Origin: Isurus oxyrinchus
Lineage: Eukaryota
Direction of reading: 5' to 3'
DNA: 64,000 nt
Assembly (NCBI GenBank): GCA_026770705.1
Contig: JANJGN010000018.1
Span: 51,522,001-51,586,000 of the forward strand
The position numbers and the translations under genes were made by a program. Positions 51,590 to 64,000 of this stretch are shown here, one piece after another (the first letter of the stretch is position 1; every line of letters starts with the position of its first letter). Below the pieces are notes generated by a model. That model was given only the letters and a program-made list of their open reading frames with translations. It had not been told where the DNA came from and did not search any database.

Positions 51590-52380
51590 TGTCATTTAAC
51601 TTTGGACTTCCCATCGAAGCAGCATTTAGTGGTATGCCAATCTGGGACTAAATGGGTAGTTCTATCAAAGAGCTAGCATGGGTATGATGGGCTGAATGGC
51701 TTCCTTCTGTGTAGCAATATGAGAATAATAGAATCGGGAAAAACAGAAAGGTAGAATAATTTTTAAATGGTGAGAGACCAAAAAATGGTGGCATACAGAG
51801 GAATTCCTTGTACAGGCATGACAGAAAGCTAACATGCTGGTACAGCAAGCAATTAGGAAAGGTATGTTATTATACCATTGTTAATTATAAATGTATAAGA
51901 ATATAAGTATAAAATGTATGAGTATAAGAATAAAGAAGAATAATGGAGTATTATGTGCTGCTTTGGTTTCCATATCTAAGGAAGGATATACTTGTCTTAG
52001 ACGGAATGAAATGAAGATTTAGCAGACTGAGTTCCAGGGTAAGGGGATTATCCTATGAGAGGGATTGAATAAACTAGACTATATCTATAGAGTTTAGAAG
52101 GATGGGAGGTTATCTCGTTAAAACAAAGGCATTTCTTAAGGGGTAGATGCTGAGAGGATGTTTCCTCTGGCTGTGGAGTCTAGAACTAAGCATCGCAGTT
52201 TCAGAGTAATGGGTTGACCATTTAAGACTAAGTTTAGAATAAGTTTCAGTTATTTAGTATTTGAAGATAGTTTAGAAAAGATAGTTGAGTTTAAAGATCA
52301 ACAATGATCTTATTGAATGGAGGAGCACACTTGAGGGATTGAGTGGCCTACTCCTGCTTTCTTATATTCTTATGTTCTTA
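51590..52380 (+). mobile_element. CR1 LINE 3' remnants
   Basis: gggctgaatggcttccttctgtg and aaggatatacttg..tagagtttagaagg CR1 3' motifs. Confidence 0.6.
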
Positions 52381-52601
52381 CAGAATGTTACAGTACAGAA
52401 GGAGGTCATTTGGTCCATCATGCCTATGCTGGCTCGTTGGTTAAGTGGTCCAATACATTCCATACTTCTGCTCTTTCCCCATAGTCTTTCATGCAGTTAT
52501 TGGAAAATTAGTGTTGAATCTGCTTTAGTCTCCCCATGTCACCTCTGGTTCTTTAGTCAACTGTGTCCTCTAGTTACTGACATTTCTGCCACTAGAAACA
52601 T

Positions 52602-53690
52602 TGGGCTGAATTTTAGGCTCCAAGATTGGAAGTGTTTCCCGCTTTGCAGAGCGTATTATGAGGTGTGAGGATGTTGGGCACTGTTTATGATGTCATCAAG
52701 GCAGTTTCCAGAAATGCCACATATGGGCGGGCCATAAAGCCAGGAATCTACCCACGTTATTTAAATATCAATTTAAAAGGCAATTCAGCTAATTGATTGC
52801 CCATCTCACTGCAACAATACAATCAGAAGTCAATAATACACCTTCAGGGTAAGCTTTATGACAGGTGGGGAATCTTTTTTAAGGGCAAGCCTGTTTGGGC
52901 AGATTTTAAAACTGCTGCTGATAGCAGAGTCTCAGCTTTGCAGTTCAAATCTACTGACTGCTGGGACTGCTCATTTGAGTGGACAGATGAACCTTTTGGA
53001 CATTCACAAGGAGAAGTCTCTACTGATTCAGAGGGCTCTTTTGATGGAATATTTTCCTGTCTGTTGCCCAGGGGTGAGGAGTGAAAAGCATCTGAGACAG
53101 ATGGGGATTGTTGTTTAACTGGAGACACAGCCTCCAGTGAGGAGGAGAGAAGGATTAGGAGGAGGAGAAGGCTGAGAGGAAGATGATGACACAGGGAGGT
53201 GTGGCTCCTCAGGAAGGGGACAGAGCTGTGCCAGACCCCGAGGGTCAGGAGGAACCCAGAAACCCTCAGTGGAGGCACAGATGAACTTATGCCACCCCAA
53301 GGGTATACAGGTAGAGATCTAACTGACCTCATAAGGTCATTGAGCCTTTTGTGGCACTGGGACCAAGCCCTCCTCATCAGCTCAACACTCTTGATCTCAT
53401 TGGCCACCCCTCCCACGCAGCAGGAACCTGCCTGAGCTTCTTCCTCTCCTCAGGGCTCGGTATGAGCTGGTGCTGTCTATCATGTACTACAGGGAGGAGA
53501 GCACCAAGGGTGGCCTCGCTGAATCTGGAGGCAGTTTTTCCCCTACTAGAACACCTCTCCCCTTGCTGTGATGGTGCAGACATCTATACATGGCAATATG
53601 TTATAAATGTGCGACTCCTCAATGCCAAAAGGTGGGAGACTTGCAGAATTTTAAAACTTCTGCCACCTATGAAGTTTGACATGGTTGGTA
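52602..53690 (-). mobile_element. Harbinger non-autonomous remnant with Myb/SANT ORF
   Basis: RFSEATLGALL..AWE..VANEI..RAWSQCHKRLNDL. TIR-like GGGCTGAATTTT at ~52603. Confidence 0.6.
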
Positions 53691-53702
53691 GAGATTAGTT
53701 AA

Positions 53703-54985
53703 AATTTAAAATAAAACAGGAAATGCCGGGAAGTACTCAGCAGGCCTGGCAGCATCTAAGGAGAGAGAAACAGGGCTGATGTTTTGAGTCCATATGATTC
53801 TTCTTCAGAGCTGAAGAGAGGTAGAAATGTGATGAGGTTTATACTGTTGAAGAGAGGGGTTGGAGCTTGTGGAACAAAATAGAAGGTCAGTGTAATGACT
53901 TTACATACTGGACAGGATTTAGCTAGAAACAGATAACTTTATTTCAGCACGATTTTCAAATGCTACATGCTTGAAACAGGCCCTTGACAAGAAAGCCCCG
54001 CCCCTGGGATTAGCCACGCTTAGGGCTCATTGGTTGGAGTCTCCAAGAACAATCATGTGACCCCTGGTAGGCAGGCTATACCTTCAGTACTACAGTCAGG
54101 AATAGGTGCAAGTGCAGGAGAGATTTGACAAATATGCCATGGATAAAAGACAAAGGCCAGTTGCTAAAAGTTGCATAAAAATCAGAGAGCAGAGAGTGTT
54201 AATAGCAGAATAAGTGTCAGTGCTCTCTGAAAGCAAAACATAAGCACAAGTTACAGACTGGCCTTGTGGGGGTAGTGGGTTGGGGAAAAATATCAACATG
54301 GAGGACAGAGTTCATGGTCTGAAGTTGTTGAAGTCATTGTTAAGTGTAGAAGGCTGCAAAGTGCCTAATCAGAAGATGAGATGCTATTCCTCCAGTTCCC
54401 CAAAGCAAAGCAAAGAGGATCAGTGCCTCATCTTCTGATTCGGCATGTTACAGCCTTCTGCAGTTAACAATTAATTCAACAAATTCAGACCATGAACTCT
54501 GTCCTTCATGTTGATACTTTTCCAGTCTGTAACTTGTTCTTATGTTTTTGCTTTCAGCCAAGACTGTAGTTCTGCTATTAATGCATTCTGCAGTCTGACC
54601 TTTTGTGTCACCATTAGCACCTTCTTTATTCTTTAATACTATCATTGCTGCTCCCTTTGTCTTGCATCCATGACATCTTTGTCAACTCGTTCCTGGGCTC
54701 CCACCTATCCCTGACCTTCTCTTTTCCCACCTGCTTCAATAGTATAAAACCAATCATATTTCTACGTCTACCTTTTTTCTATCTTTCCACCTGTTTTCTA
54801 CCTTTCTACCTTTTTTTTTGCATATTTCTACCTCTCTTCAGCTCTGAAGAAGAATCAGACCGACTCAGAACATTAAGTCTGTTTCTCTCTCCACAGATAC
54901 CTCCAGACTTGCTGAATTTTATCAGCATTTTCTGTTTTTATTTCAGATTTCCAACATTTGAAGTAATTTCCTCTAATTTTAGATA
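53703..54985. mobile_element. Penelope-like element ends arranged as an inverted repeat
   Basis: 53703-54385 is a diverged reverse complement of 54425-54985. Both arms carry the ctgaagaa..gatgctgcc..ctgctgag terminal motif. Confidence 0.7.
53891..54094. mobile_element. 204-bp TG..CA element (mini solo LTR) with 5-bp TSD
   Basis: GTCAG|TGTAATG...TACTACA|GTCAG. Confidence 0.7.
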
Positions 54986-55314
54986 AAATTTAAATTGACT
55001 TATCTGACCACACTGGAAGAGGCACAAATCTTCACTATGTATAGTAGATGCACTTGATTGATCATTTGATACTCAGCCCATTCCTTCCTTATTTACTCTA
55101 TCAAGACCATTCATGATTTTGAACACCTCTATCAAATCTCCTCTTGATCTTCGCCGGTCTAAGCAGACTAATCCCAGACCTTCCAATCTCTGCACATTAA
55201 TGTGGGCTTATCCCTGGTACCATTCTAGTAGATCTCTCCTGTGCCCCCTCCAAAGCTTTGGCATCTTTCCAAAGACGTGCTGCTCAGAATTGAACACAAT
55301 ACTCCAACTGAGGG

Positions 55315-56134
55315 TGATTACGGACAATTTTAAGGTGTTATCTTTTATTGCCCGAGATCGAAAATATTTGTATGTTTTGTGTGCATTACTTACATTCAGA
55401 GTGATTGAGTCAGCTTAAATAACCCAGCAGCAAGCTTTTCTCATATTTAAAAGGAAAAGGTTATTTTATTTTTCCACATCCTTGCCTTAGTGGTTAATAA
55501 AGAAGTCTCACTCACTCTCTCACTCACATTCTCACACACATGCAAAACTAGGTACAGGTGAAGATAAAAAATATTATAAATGTGGAATTTAACTCAGTCC
55601 TTGTTTTGGTGCAGGCTTAATGCCTCATAGTTGCATTGTTACGTTGTCTGAAGTGAAGGCTTTGAAACAATACCTCAGCAACTGTGATGGCTCCTAAAGT
55701 TGATGTGCCAGGGGTTGGTTTCTCAGGTAGGCTTGAATTTTCTGCTGTATATTTAGCACGGAACCAAGAAGACCCCTACACCATATGACTTTACATCCGC
55801 GTCAAGTCATGATCCCAAATAAGGCATTGTGGTAATTTTAATTACAGTCTGATTCCTTCTCCTACCTGCAATAGTCAAGTCCTTTCTTCTGGCCAAGGTC
55901 AAATTTGCAATCTTACAATGAGTATTGATGGAATTTTGTTAACCTTGTGGTCCAACAAACATTGCATCAAATTAAAGAGTGTCTTTGTCCTCTCTAAAGT
56001 TAACAGCTGGATCCACAAAAACTGTTTGGTAACACGCAGCCATTTTTAAATTCAGTCCCTTATTTTTAAAAATGTAACCTTTAAAATACAGTTTTCAAGA
56101 TTTATAATACCATCATACAAAAACTGTCATGACA
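55315..56134 (-). mobile_element. Probable solo LTR inserted in a minus-strand CR1 fragment (55080-56360)
   Basis: CR1 sequence resumes after ...GTCATGACA. Confidence 0.45.
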
Positions 56135-56211
56135 GGCTGAAACATTATTTTGTAAAGGCCTAGAATAACTTGTTCGCTTTTGTACTCCAATCTTCTACTT
56201 ATAAAGCCAAG

Positions 56212-56301
56212 GAACCCATATGGAATTTTAACTTTCTTCTTAATTTATTCTGATCAGAACCCATATGGAATTTTAACTTCCTTCTTAATTTATTCTGATC
56301 A
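56212..56301. repeat. ~45-bp tandem duplication
   Basis: gaacccatatggaattttaactt(t/c)c..cttaatttattctgatca occurs twice. Confidence 0.85.
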
Positions 56302-56360
56302 ACGATTTGTGCACATACACTCTCCAATTTTTCTGTTCTTGCACCCCTTTTAAAATTTTA

Positions 56361-58223
56361 CTATTGAATTGAACAAATTAGCATTGAGAGGGAGGAGGTA
56401 TTAATGGTTTTAGTGGGCTTAAAAGTGGATAAATCCCCAGGCCCAGATGAGATGTATCCCAGGTTGCTATGTGAGACAAGGGAGGAGATTGCAGCGGCTC
56501 TGACATGAAATTTCAAATTCTCTCTGGCCACAGGAGAGGTGCCAGAGGACTGGAGGACATTGAATGTGGTACCATTATTCAAGAAGGGCAGTAGGGATAA
56601 ATCAGGTAATCACAAGCCAGTGAGTCTAACGTCAATGGTAGGAAAGCTATTGGAAAAAATTCTGAGGGACAGGATTAATCTCCACTTGTAGAGGCAGAGG
56701 TTAGTCAGGGATAGTCAGCATGGCTTTGCCAGGTGGATATCATGTCTAACAAATTTGACTGAATTTTTCGAGGAGGTGACTAGTTGTGTAGATGAGGGTA
56801 CTGTAGTTGATGGACAGTTAACTTTCAATTATTTTTCTCCTTTGATTATTTATCTTCTTTACAAACTGTAAAACATCTTTATGCATATGCTCTTATTCTA
56901 CCAGCTGCACTAGTGTGTGTGTGTAAGGGTCATGGGAATGTGTATGACATATGAATGGTGGTTGCAATTTACCTAGTTTTATTTGTGGGGGGATTGGGGA
57001 GGGGAGAAGTAGGGTCAATAAACTTATCTTGTTCTTTGTTCAAACTCAGAAAACCTGGACTTCAACAAGGCTTTTGACAAGGTCCTGCATGGGAGAATGG
57101 TCAAGAAGTTAAGAGCCCATGAAATCCAGGGCAATTTGGCAAATTGGATCCAAAATTGGCTTAGTGTCAGGAGGCAGAGGGTGATGGTTGAAGGTTGTTT
57201 TTGCAATTGGAAGCCTGTGATGAGTGGTGTACCACAGGGATCGGTGCTGGGACCCTTGCTGTTTGTAATGCACAATAATGATTTAGACAGGAATAGAGGA
57301 GGTTTGATCAGTAAATTCGCAGATGACATGAAAATTGGAAGAGTCGTAAATAATGAGAAGGAAAGCCTTAGATTACAGGGTGACATAGATGGGCTGATAA
57401 ATTGGGCAGAGCAGTGGCAAATGGAATTTAACCCTGAGAAGTGTGAGGTGATGCATTTTGGGAGGACTAACAGCAAGAGAATACACAATGAATGGTAGGA
57501 CCCTAGGAAGTACAGAGGATCAGACGGACATTGGTGTACATGTCCTTGGATCCCTGGAGGCAGCAGTACAAGAAGGGACACTTGCCTTTATTAGCCAAGG
57601 GATAGGATATAAGAGCAGGGAGGTTATGTTGGAGCTGTATAAAATGCTAGTTAGGTCACAGTTTGAGTACTGTTTGCAGCTCTGGTCGCCACACTATAAG
57701 AAGGATGTGATTGCATTGGAGAGGTCGCAGAGGGGATTCACCAGGATTTTGCCTGGGCTGGAGTGTTTCAGCTTTGAAGAGGGACTGGATAGGCCAGGGT
57801 TATTTTCCTTAGGGCAGAGAAGATTGAGGGGAGACCTGATAGAGGTATACAAAATTATGAAGGGCATAGAGATAGTAGATGGGAAGAAACTTTTCCCCTT
57901 AGCAGAGGTGCCAATTACCAGGGGGCACAGATTTTAGGTAAGGGGCAGAAGGTTTAGAGGGGATTTGAGGAAATAGTTTTTCACCCAGAGGGTGGTTGGA
58001 ATCTGGAACACACTGCCTGAGGGAGTGGTAGAGGCAGGAACACGTGCAACAGTTAAGAAGTATTTAGATGATCACTTGAAATGCCATAGCATACAGGGCT
58101 ACGGGCCAAGTGCTGGAAAATGGGATTAAAATAGATAGGTGCTTGAAGGCCAGCGCGGACACAATGGGCCGAAGGGCTTGTTTCTGTGCTGTATAACTCT
58201 ATGACTCTATGACTATGACTCCA
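56361..58223 (+). mobile_element. CR1 LINE ORF2 (RT) with 3' microsatellite tail
   Basis: KSPGPD, GVPQGSVLGPLLF, KFADD, QMEFNPEKCEVMHFG. Tail ctatgact repeats. Confidence 0.92.
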
Positions 58224-58517
58224 TGAGTTCATACTGTCTCTTCTCCTCTTCCTACTAAAAATGACTCCTCTATTATACCACTCCAATTCTGACCATAACA
58301 GGTTTTTTTGTGAATTTAGCAAGGGCATGTTTTGCAATACTGCAGGAGTCTCACTATGTATGTTTTCAAATGATAAAGAATCAGCCAGATAGGTTTTCTG
58401 AGTTTGAACAAAGAACAAGATAAGTTTATTGACCCTACTTCTTCCCCCCCCCCCACTTCAAACAAAACTAGGCAAATTGCAACCACCATTCATATGTCAT
58501 ACACATTCCCATGACCC

Positions 58518-58518
<1 letters not shown>

Positions 58519-58549
<31 letters not shown>
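58519..58549. repeat. (CA)n microsatellite
   Basis: Direct observation. Confidence 0.9.
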
Positions 58550-58553
<4 letters not shown>

Positions 58554-60408
58554 GCAGCTGGTAGAATAAGAACATATGCATAAAGATGTTTTACAGTTTG
58601 TAAAGAAGATAAATAATCAAAAGAGAAAATAATCAAAAGTTAACTGTCCTTTGGCTGATTTCAATGGGGTGATTCCATGTGGGGACAATTTCGTTCAATT
58701 GGCTTCCTGGGTCTGGTTGTATGGAGCAGAATTCCACATTTTATTCCCGATAGATCTCAGTTTTGCTGTAGATTCCTCTTCTCAGGATCGTTACTTTGCA
58801 AACCTGGGCACAATACTTTTGAGAAAGAGAGAAAGAAACAATTTTGTGTAGCTTCTCAGTACAACATTCTGATCTCTTCTCGTTCACTGGCTTGGTTAAA
58901 AGGTTTTTAAAATCCCTGATGGCTGTATATTACAGAGGAATTTGATTACCCTGTCTGCTGCAGTAATTGTTTGGTTAAACAGATAATTGCACTCATGGGT
59001 TAACTCAGAAGCTTTTGACGAGTTTGAAGATAGTGTGAAGGCCAACAGGAGATGTGGTCTTTCATATTCCACAGCAGGGTTGGAGTGTGGGGTGTGTGTG
59101 TCTGTCCCATTTTCATCCCACTTGGCAGGTGTGCAAGTTGTATATTCTGGGCAGAATTGTCTGTGCCCGCTGGCGCGGGGGTGTTCGGTGGCGTAAGCGG
59201 AAAATATGGCGAGAAGGCCAAAAATTGGTTTCATGGTGTCGTAAAACTAGTTTGCGATCACCTGTTCCGCCTGCTGATGGCAGGTCGTGTTTCCCACCAT
59301 TAGATGTTGTGAACCTTACTGTAATACATTTGCATATCATTATAAGCCCAGCCCACTGGAATCATGATTGCATGCCGACGTGTTTCACAACAGCATATAA
59401 AAGGCCTACAGTTGGCGAGCTGCACTTTGAGGGGAACCCGGAGGTGAGTACACAGTAATATTGTGGAGCGGTTGTCTAGCTCACCTGTTGGACTTAGAGA
59501 TTGAGGCGACTTGTAGGGGTGTGCAAGAGCTGCCCTGCATTTGAGGTGCATTGGGGAGGGGCGAGGGGGTGGTGCACGTGGGGGCAAGGGTTGCCCTGTG
59601 GCTGAGACGCGTTGAGGGGGTGTTGACGAGTGCCCTGCTGTTGAGGCGACTTGGAAGCGGGTGCATGGGCTGCCCTGTGATTGAGGCATGTCGTGGGTGG
59701 GGGGGGCAAGGGTTGCCCTACGGTTAAAGGTATCGCAAAAGCACATGGGAGTGTGGGGTGGGAGAGCCAAGCGGCCATGCATTAAGGAGACCTTGTATAA
59801 AATGACCATTCCTCTGCAGCTGAAACAGTTCAGGCACAGCCACAGTGATATAATTGGATATATTAGGTCTTTAGCTTCTGTGCCCACTCAAGCAACGCAG
59901 AGGCATCAAAGTGCCACCAAGTGCTCCAGAGCTTTTCACTCCTTGAGCACAGATTGCAAAGTAATGAGCATTTTAGTGGACTGCAGAACAGTTGGGCGAC
60001 TGGGCACGTTGTACAATCTCTTTGCTAAAGGTGGCCATGGAGCAGTCACTGATGGAGGCCCTCACAGCCCCTTGCAATGTCTCGGTTTGGACCAGACTCC
60101 CCATGGTTCAAGCTAAGAGTGCAACCTTGCAGTGCGGGTTAGGAGAATGCCTGTGCCTGAGCTTAGAGCACAGCATGCAGTCCAGTGGGCAAAGCTGCCA
60201 GCAATTGGTTGGGTGGTGTGGGGCTGAGGTGGGTGGGGATTTGGGCAGCCACGCAGTGCACTGACCTCTGGTCATCCAAGTGGTGGCCAGCACGCTCCGG
60301 GATGTGTTAAGGGGACTCAAACTAAACCAAGAGATGTCCTTAGTACACCCATGCTAACCCACGTGTCTCTCTCTCTCTTTCACCCCGCAGGAGGAGTACG
60401 TCAGGATC

Positions 60409-61620
60409 ATGGAGTCTGGTAACCTAGATGTATGCCTCATGGCTTACAGAGGGCGAAGACGACTGAGAAGAGAGCGACAGAGGAGCCCGGCTGCACAGAG
60501 GGAGGAGCAGCACCCTCTGGAAGAAGGAACGGCTGGGCTCCCATACAAGCTGCCGAAGAGCCACAGCAAGCCGTTGGTAGTTGGCGCCTAGCTAGACCCA
60601 GGGTCTATATATTGCCACCTTTCATTCCTGAAGATGACTGAGAACTAGTGTCGCGCATGTCCAGAGAACTGGTCCGTCACATCTGCCAGCTACTCCAGGA
60701 TTTGGCACCACGGGGTAAAGGAGGGCATCCACTGCCAATGGTCATGAAAGTGACTGTGACACTCAATTTCTATGCCAGTCGCTCCTTTCAGGGCTCCACA
60801 GGTGACATCTACCCACAAATGCATCCATGAGATCATGACTACCATCTGCAACAGCAACAACTTTGTGCACTTCGCCCAGGACCAGGACAGCCAGGGTATA
60901 AAAGTGATTAGATTTGGCCAGATCTCAGATTTCCTACAGGGGCAGGGTGCCATCAACTGCATTCATGTGGCGCTCAGATCTCCATGACAATACATTGTCA
61001 ACTATGTCAACCGCAAGGGATTCCATTCGCTGAATGTGCAGCTGGTGTGCAACTATCGCATCCTGCAGGTGTGTGCACGGCTTCCAGGGAGTGTCCCTGA
61101 CTCCTACATTCTCAGTCAGTCAAAGATCCCTGTCGTCTTCCAGGGTCCACAGAGACTTCAGGGATGGCTCCTCGGGGATGAGGGCTGCCTGCAGAGGACG
61201 TGGCTGATGACAACTGTGCAGCAGCCTCAGACTGCAGCAGAGTGACGGTATAATGAGGCTCATGCTGCAGCTCGCAACTTAGTGGAGCAGATCATCAGGA
61301 TGCTGAAAATGCAGTTCTGGTGCCTGGACCGGCCTGGTTTAGCCTTGCAATACAGTCCGCAGAGGGTGTTATGCATCGTTGTCGCCAGCTGTGCCCTTTA
61401 CATCCTAGCATTGCAACGGAGAGAATACCTGGCTGAGGAAGAGATGGAGGAGCTGACGGTCTCCTCCGATTAGGAGGATGCCGACAAGAATGAGGGTGAG
61501 GAGGTCTTTGTAGGCAACAATGATGGAAGTGAAGCCCTCACACAGGCCAGATGAGGTAGGTGCGCTCGGGAGGCTGTCATAGTTGCTAGATTTGTGGAGG
61601 ATGATGATGGCATGCAGTGA
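60409..61620 (+). pseudogene. Harbinger DDE transposase, disrupted
   Basis: RMSRELV, LNFYASRSFQ, GAINCIHVA, NRKGFHSLNVQLVC, WLLGDEG, EQIIRMLKMQFWCLD. Confidence 0.85.
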
Positions 61621-62355
61621 GGAGGCACCATAGATCCTCACATTGCACCTATGAATGCTTGACTCCAATCTGGCTTATGCCATGCACCTATCCTCTGTGA
61701 TAATGCTCCTGCCATGGAGATGCAATGGAGGTCCTTATAGTCACCCGTTTGGAGGAGAATGATGATGACATGCAGTGAGGACACTTGAGACCTTCACATA
61801 GCCTCTGCGAATGTCTGAGTCCTGCCTGGCTGAGGGCAGCTCACTTGCACACTGTGATCAGAATCATATCATGGAAACGCAGGCATGAAATTTTAGAAAC
61901 ATCTGATTCTTTGTCCACCTTCAGCCCCTGAGCCCCTCAGGAGCACAGTGTCACAGGTCACAGATGCTGAAGAGATGGGGGCCAGACCAACCTTAAAGAT
62001 GATGAGAGCACACAAAGAGAATGACAGAACTCTGTGACGTCTGCCTACAACATTCCGGCAGCAATGACAAGCACCGTCGAGGTGCAGACATCAGTAATGT
62101 TTCCAGGGAGTGTGAGGCCAGACAATCACTTTGGTCTGAAGGCTGCACAAAGCACAGGGAAAAGGCCCTGGACTAAGACATCTGACTTTATCTTGTGCAG
62201 AAAGTTTTCACATCTGAGTGACACGAACTTTGCTCATCAGAACAAGGAGCCATAGGCAGGGAGACATTCTTGGGAGTTTAATGACAATAGTGAACAGTAT
62301 GTACAAGTGATTAATACCTGTGCCCAGGCTGTGCAACCACATGTCCTTAACTTTC

Positions 62356-63841
62356 CTATCCCTGCCACAACATATTGGTGCTCCCTGGCGATCCACACCA
62401 GGTGGAGGCAGCCTGCTGACTGTGATGCCCTGTCTGAGCTGAACTTTGAAGGCGTCCTCTGGAGGGCCGAGACTTGGAGGGCCCCGGCCTTCTGTCGGGG
62501 TCCTGCTGTGTGGCAGTGGCATCTTCCTCGGCCTGTGGAGCTGGAGCTGCTGACATCACAAGAGGAGGAGTTTCGGATGGGCTGGACAGTCCCACGGAGC
62601 AATGCAGATGTAATGTCCTGGACCAAGGTCTCCTTGGCAGACGCCATCCTTCCAGTGTTGACCTCGGTGCGTTGGCATGCCAGCATTATCACCTTAGCCT
62701 GAAGGTGGATGGACTCCTCCATCATGCCTTGCAATCTGAGGAGTGCAGCGGACATCCCTTCCTGGTGCTCCCAAGCTTGCCTTTGCAGCTCCAGCAACTG
62801 ACATGACCGAGCCCAAAGGCTCGTCATCTGACTTGGACTCAGCAAATTTTTGGCCTCCAAGAGTCGTCCAGGTGCCAGACTCCTCATGAAGTCCCTGTTG
62901 TCACCTGCCACGGATCAGGCAATGTGCTCACCAGATTGTGATCCCAAGGCTACTCTAAAGCTAGGTCTCACCGAAGTGCGTCTCTCTGCACTGGTGGAGG
63001 GTGTGGGTGAGCGCTGTGACGGGACTTCAAGAAGAATGCCTCCAGATTCCTCTTCAGAGGTTTCCTTGGGCCTTGATTGGAGGCCCTGGGTCATGGACTC
63101 TGTCGGCTGTTTGGCAGATTGCCTGCGAAAGCAAGGAGGCATAATTAGTGCATGGCAGTGGCCTGTGAAAAAGGACACATCCCTCACAGCATGTCTGTCT
63201 GATGGATGTTGCACTGCTGGATCCTCACTTGGTAGAGCATCACCAACCTCACCGTCAGCACAGGACCAGTCCAGATCCTCGCCTGCCAGCTGGATGGCTC
63301 TGTTTTCAAAGTCTGTGAGGACTTGATTTCAAGTATGCCTGCATCAATCTGTGACCTATCCATCTTGTTGTGTGCCAGCTTGTCCTGCATGAATAGCGAT
63401 GGAGAGAGGGTAAGCAGGATGCTTGCCAGGCCAGATGATAAATATGCCTGGCATGTGTGCATGGTGACTGGCCAAGTGGATGGGATGAGGACAATGAATG
63501 TGAGTGTGAGAGAGTGAATGTGATGTCCCTTGAAACGGCAGTAAGCGAGGGCCCTGTGGGTGTGTAATAGTGTGTGTGAGTTGAGAGTGATGAGAACTGG
63601 CGGTACGGAAGAGATCATTCATCCTCTTGAGGCACTGGGTGGCTGTCCTCTTTTGAAGGGCATTGGTGCTGATACCTGCTGCCACCATCTCCCAAGCTGG
63701 ATTGGTGAAATTGCTGCCTATCCTATGGGCAGAGTGGGGGTAGCGGACATCACAGCGAGCCTCCACTGTGTCCAAAAGGCACTCAAGGGACACATCATTG
63801 AACCTGGGGGCTGCAGTCTTTTTGTATTTCAGGGCCATGTC
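62356..63841 (-). pseudogene. Harbinger Myb/SANT-like protein, disrupted
   Basis: APRFNDVSLECLLDTV..AWEMVA..RTATQCLKRMNDL, plus downstream exons. Confidence 0.75.
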
Positions 63842-63911
63842 TTCTTTACAGCAGTTGTGTGCTGGAAGCACTGAGAGGTGTGCACATGGCTGGATGTATA
63901 GTCCATAGGTT

Positions 63912-64000
63912 TGGGATAGGGGTATTCCATTCTTGTTATTTGCTATTAAGGACGCTCCTAATGCATTGACTGGTTTTAGTCCTTTTGAACTAGTTTATGG
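63912..64000 (+). mobile_element. Ty3/Gypsy integrase fragment (continues beyond the window)
   Basis: WDRGIPFLLFAIKDAPNALTGFSPFELVYG. Confidence 0.75.

Larger units (their letters stand above)
59149..63895. mobile_element. Second Harbinger transposon (defective, right end truncated)
   Basis: TIR GGGCAGAATT at 59149. Transposase on + and Myb/SANT ORF on -. Confidence 0.85.

Noticed and set aside
59500-59720. Short degenerate repeats (also 61560-61830) as a CRISPR-like array
   Set aside because: Irregular, diverged internal repeats of a eukaryotic transposon, with no constant repeat-spacer structure.

Overview
Vertebrate genomic DNA, very likely an elasmobranch (shark), judged from the SacSINE1/Deu-type SINEs, CR1/L2/RTE LINEs, Penelope ends and Harbinger transposons. 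One host gene can be reconstructed on the minus strand (~41805 to 8669): a CD200/OX-2-like Ig-superfamily type I membrane protein. It has a signal-peptide exon, two tandemly duplicated 336-nt V-set exons, no recognisable C2 exon, a TM exon and three cytoplasmic exons ending in a tyrosine/NPF-containing tail. The TM exon is one base out of phase with the downstream exons. Intron 1 holds a decayed LTR retroelement with an integrase GPY/F remnant and a foamy/lokiretrovirus-type (paramyxovirus-F-like) env, plus a near full-length two-gene Harbinger transposon. The rest is nested repeats: many Harbinger MITEs, a second Harbinger, Penelope ends with hammerhead-ribozyme-like cores, solo LTRs, and a CR1 copy containing an inverted copy of its own 3' flank. 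All calls are by eye, without database searches.
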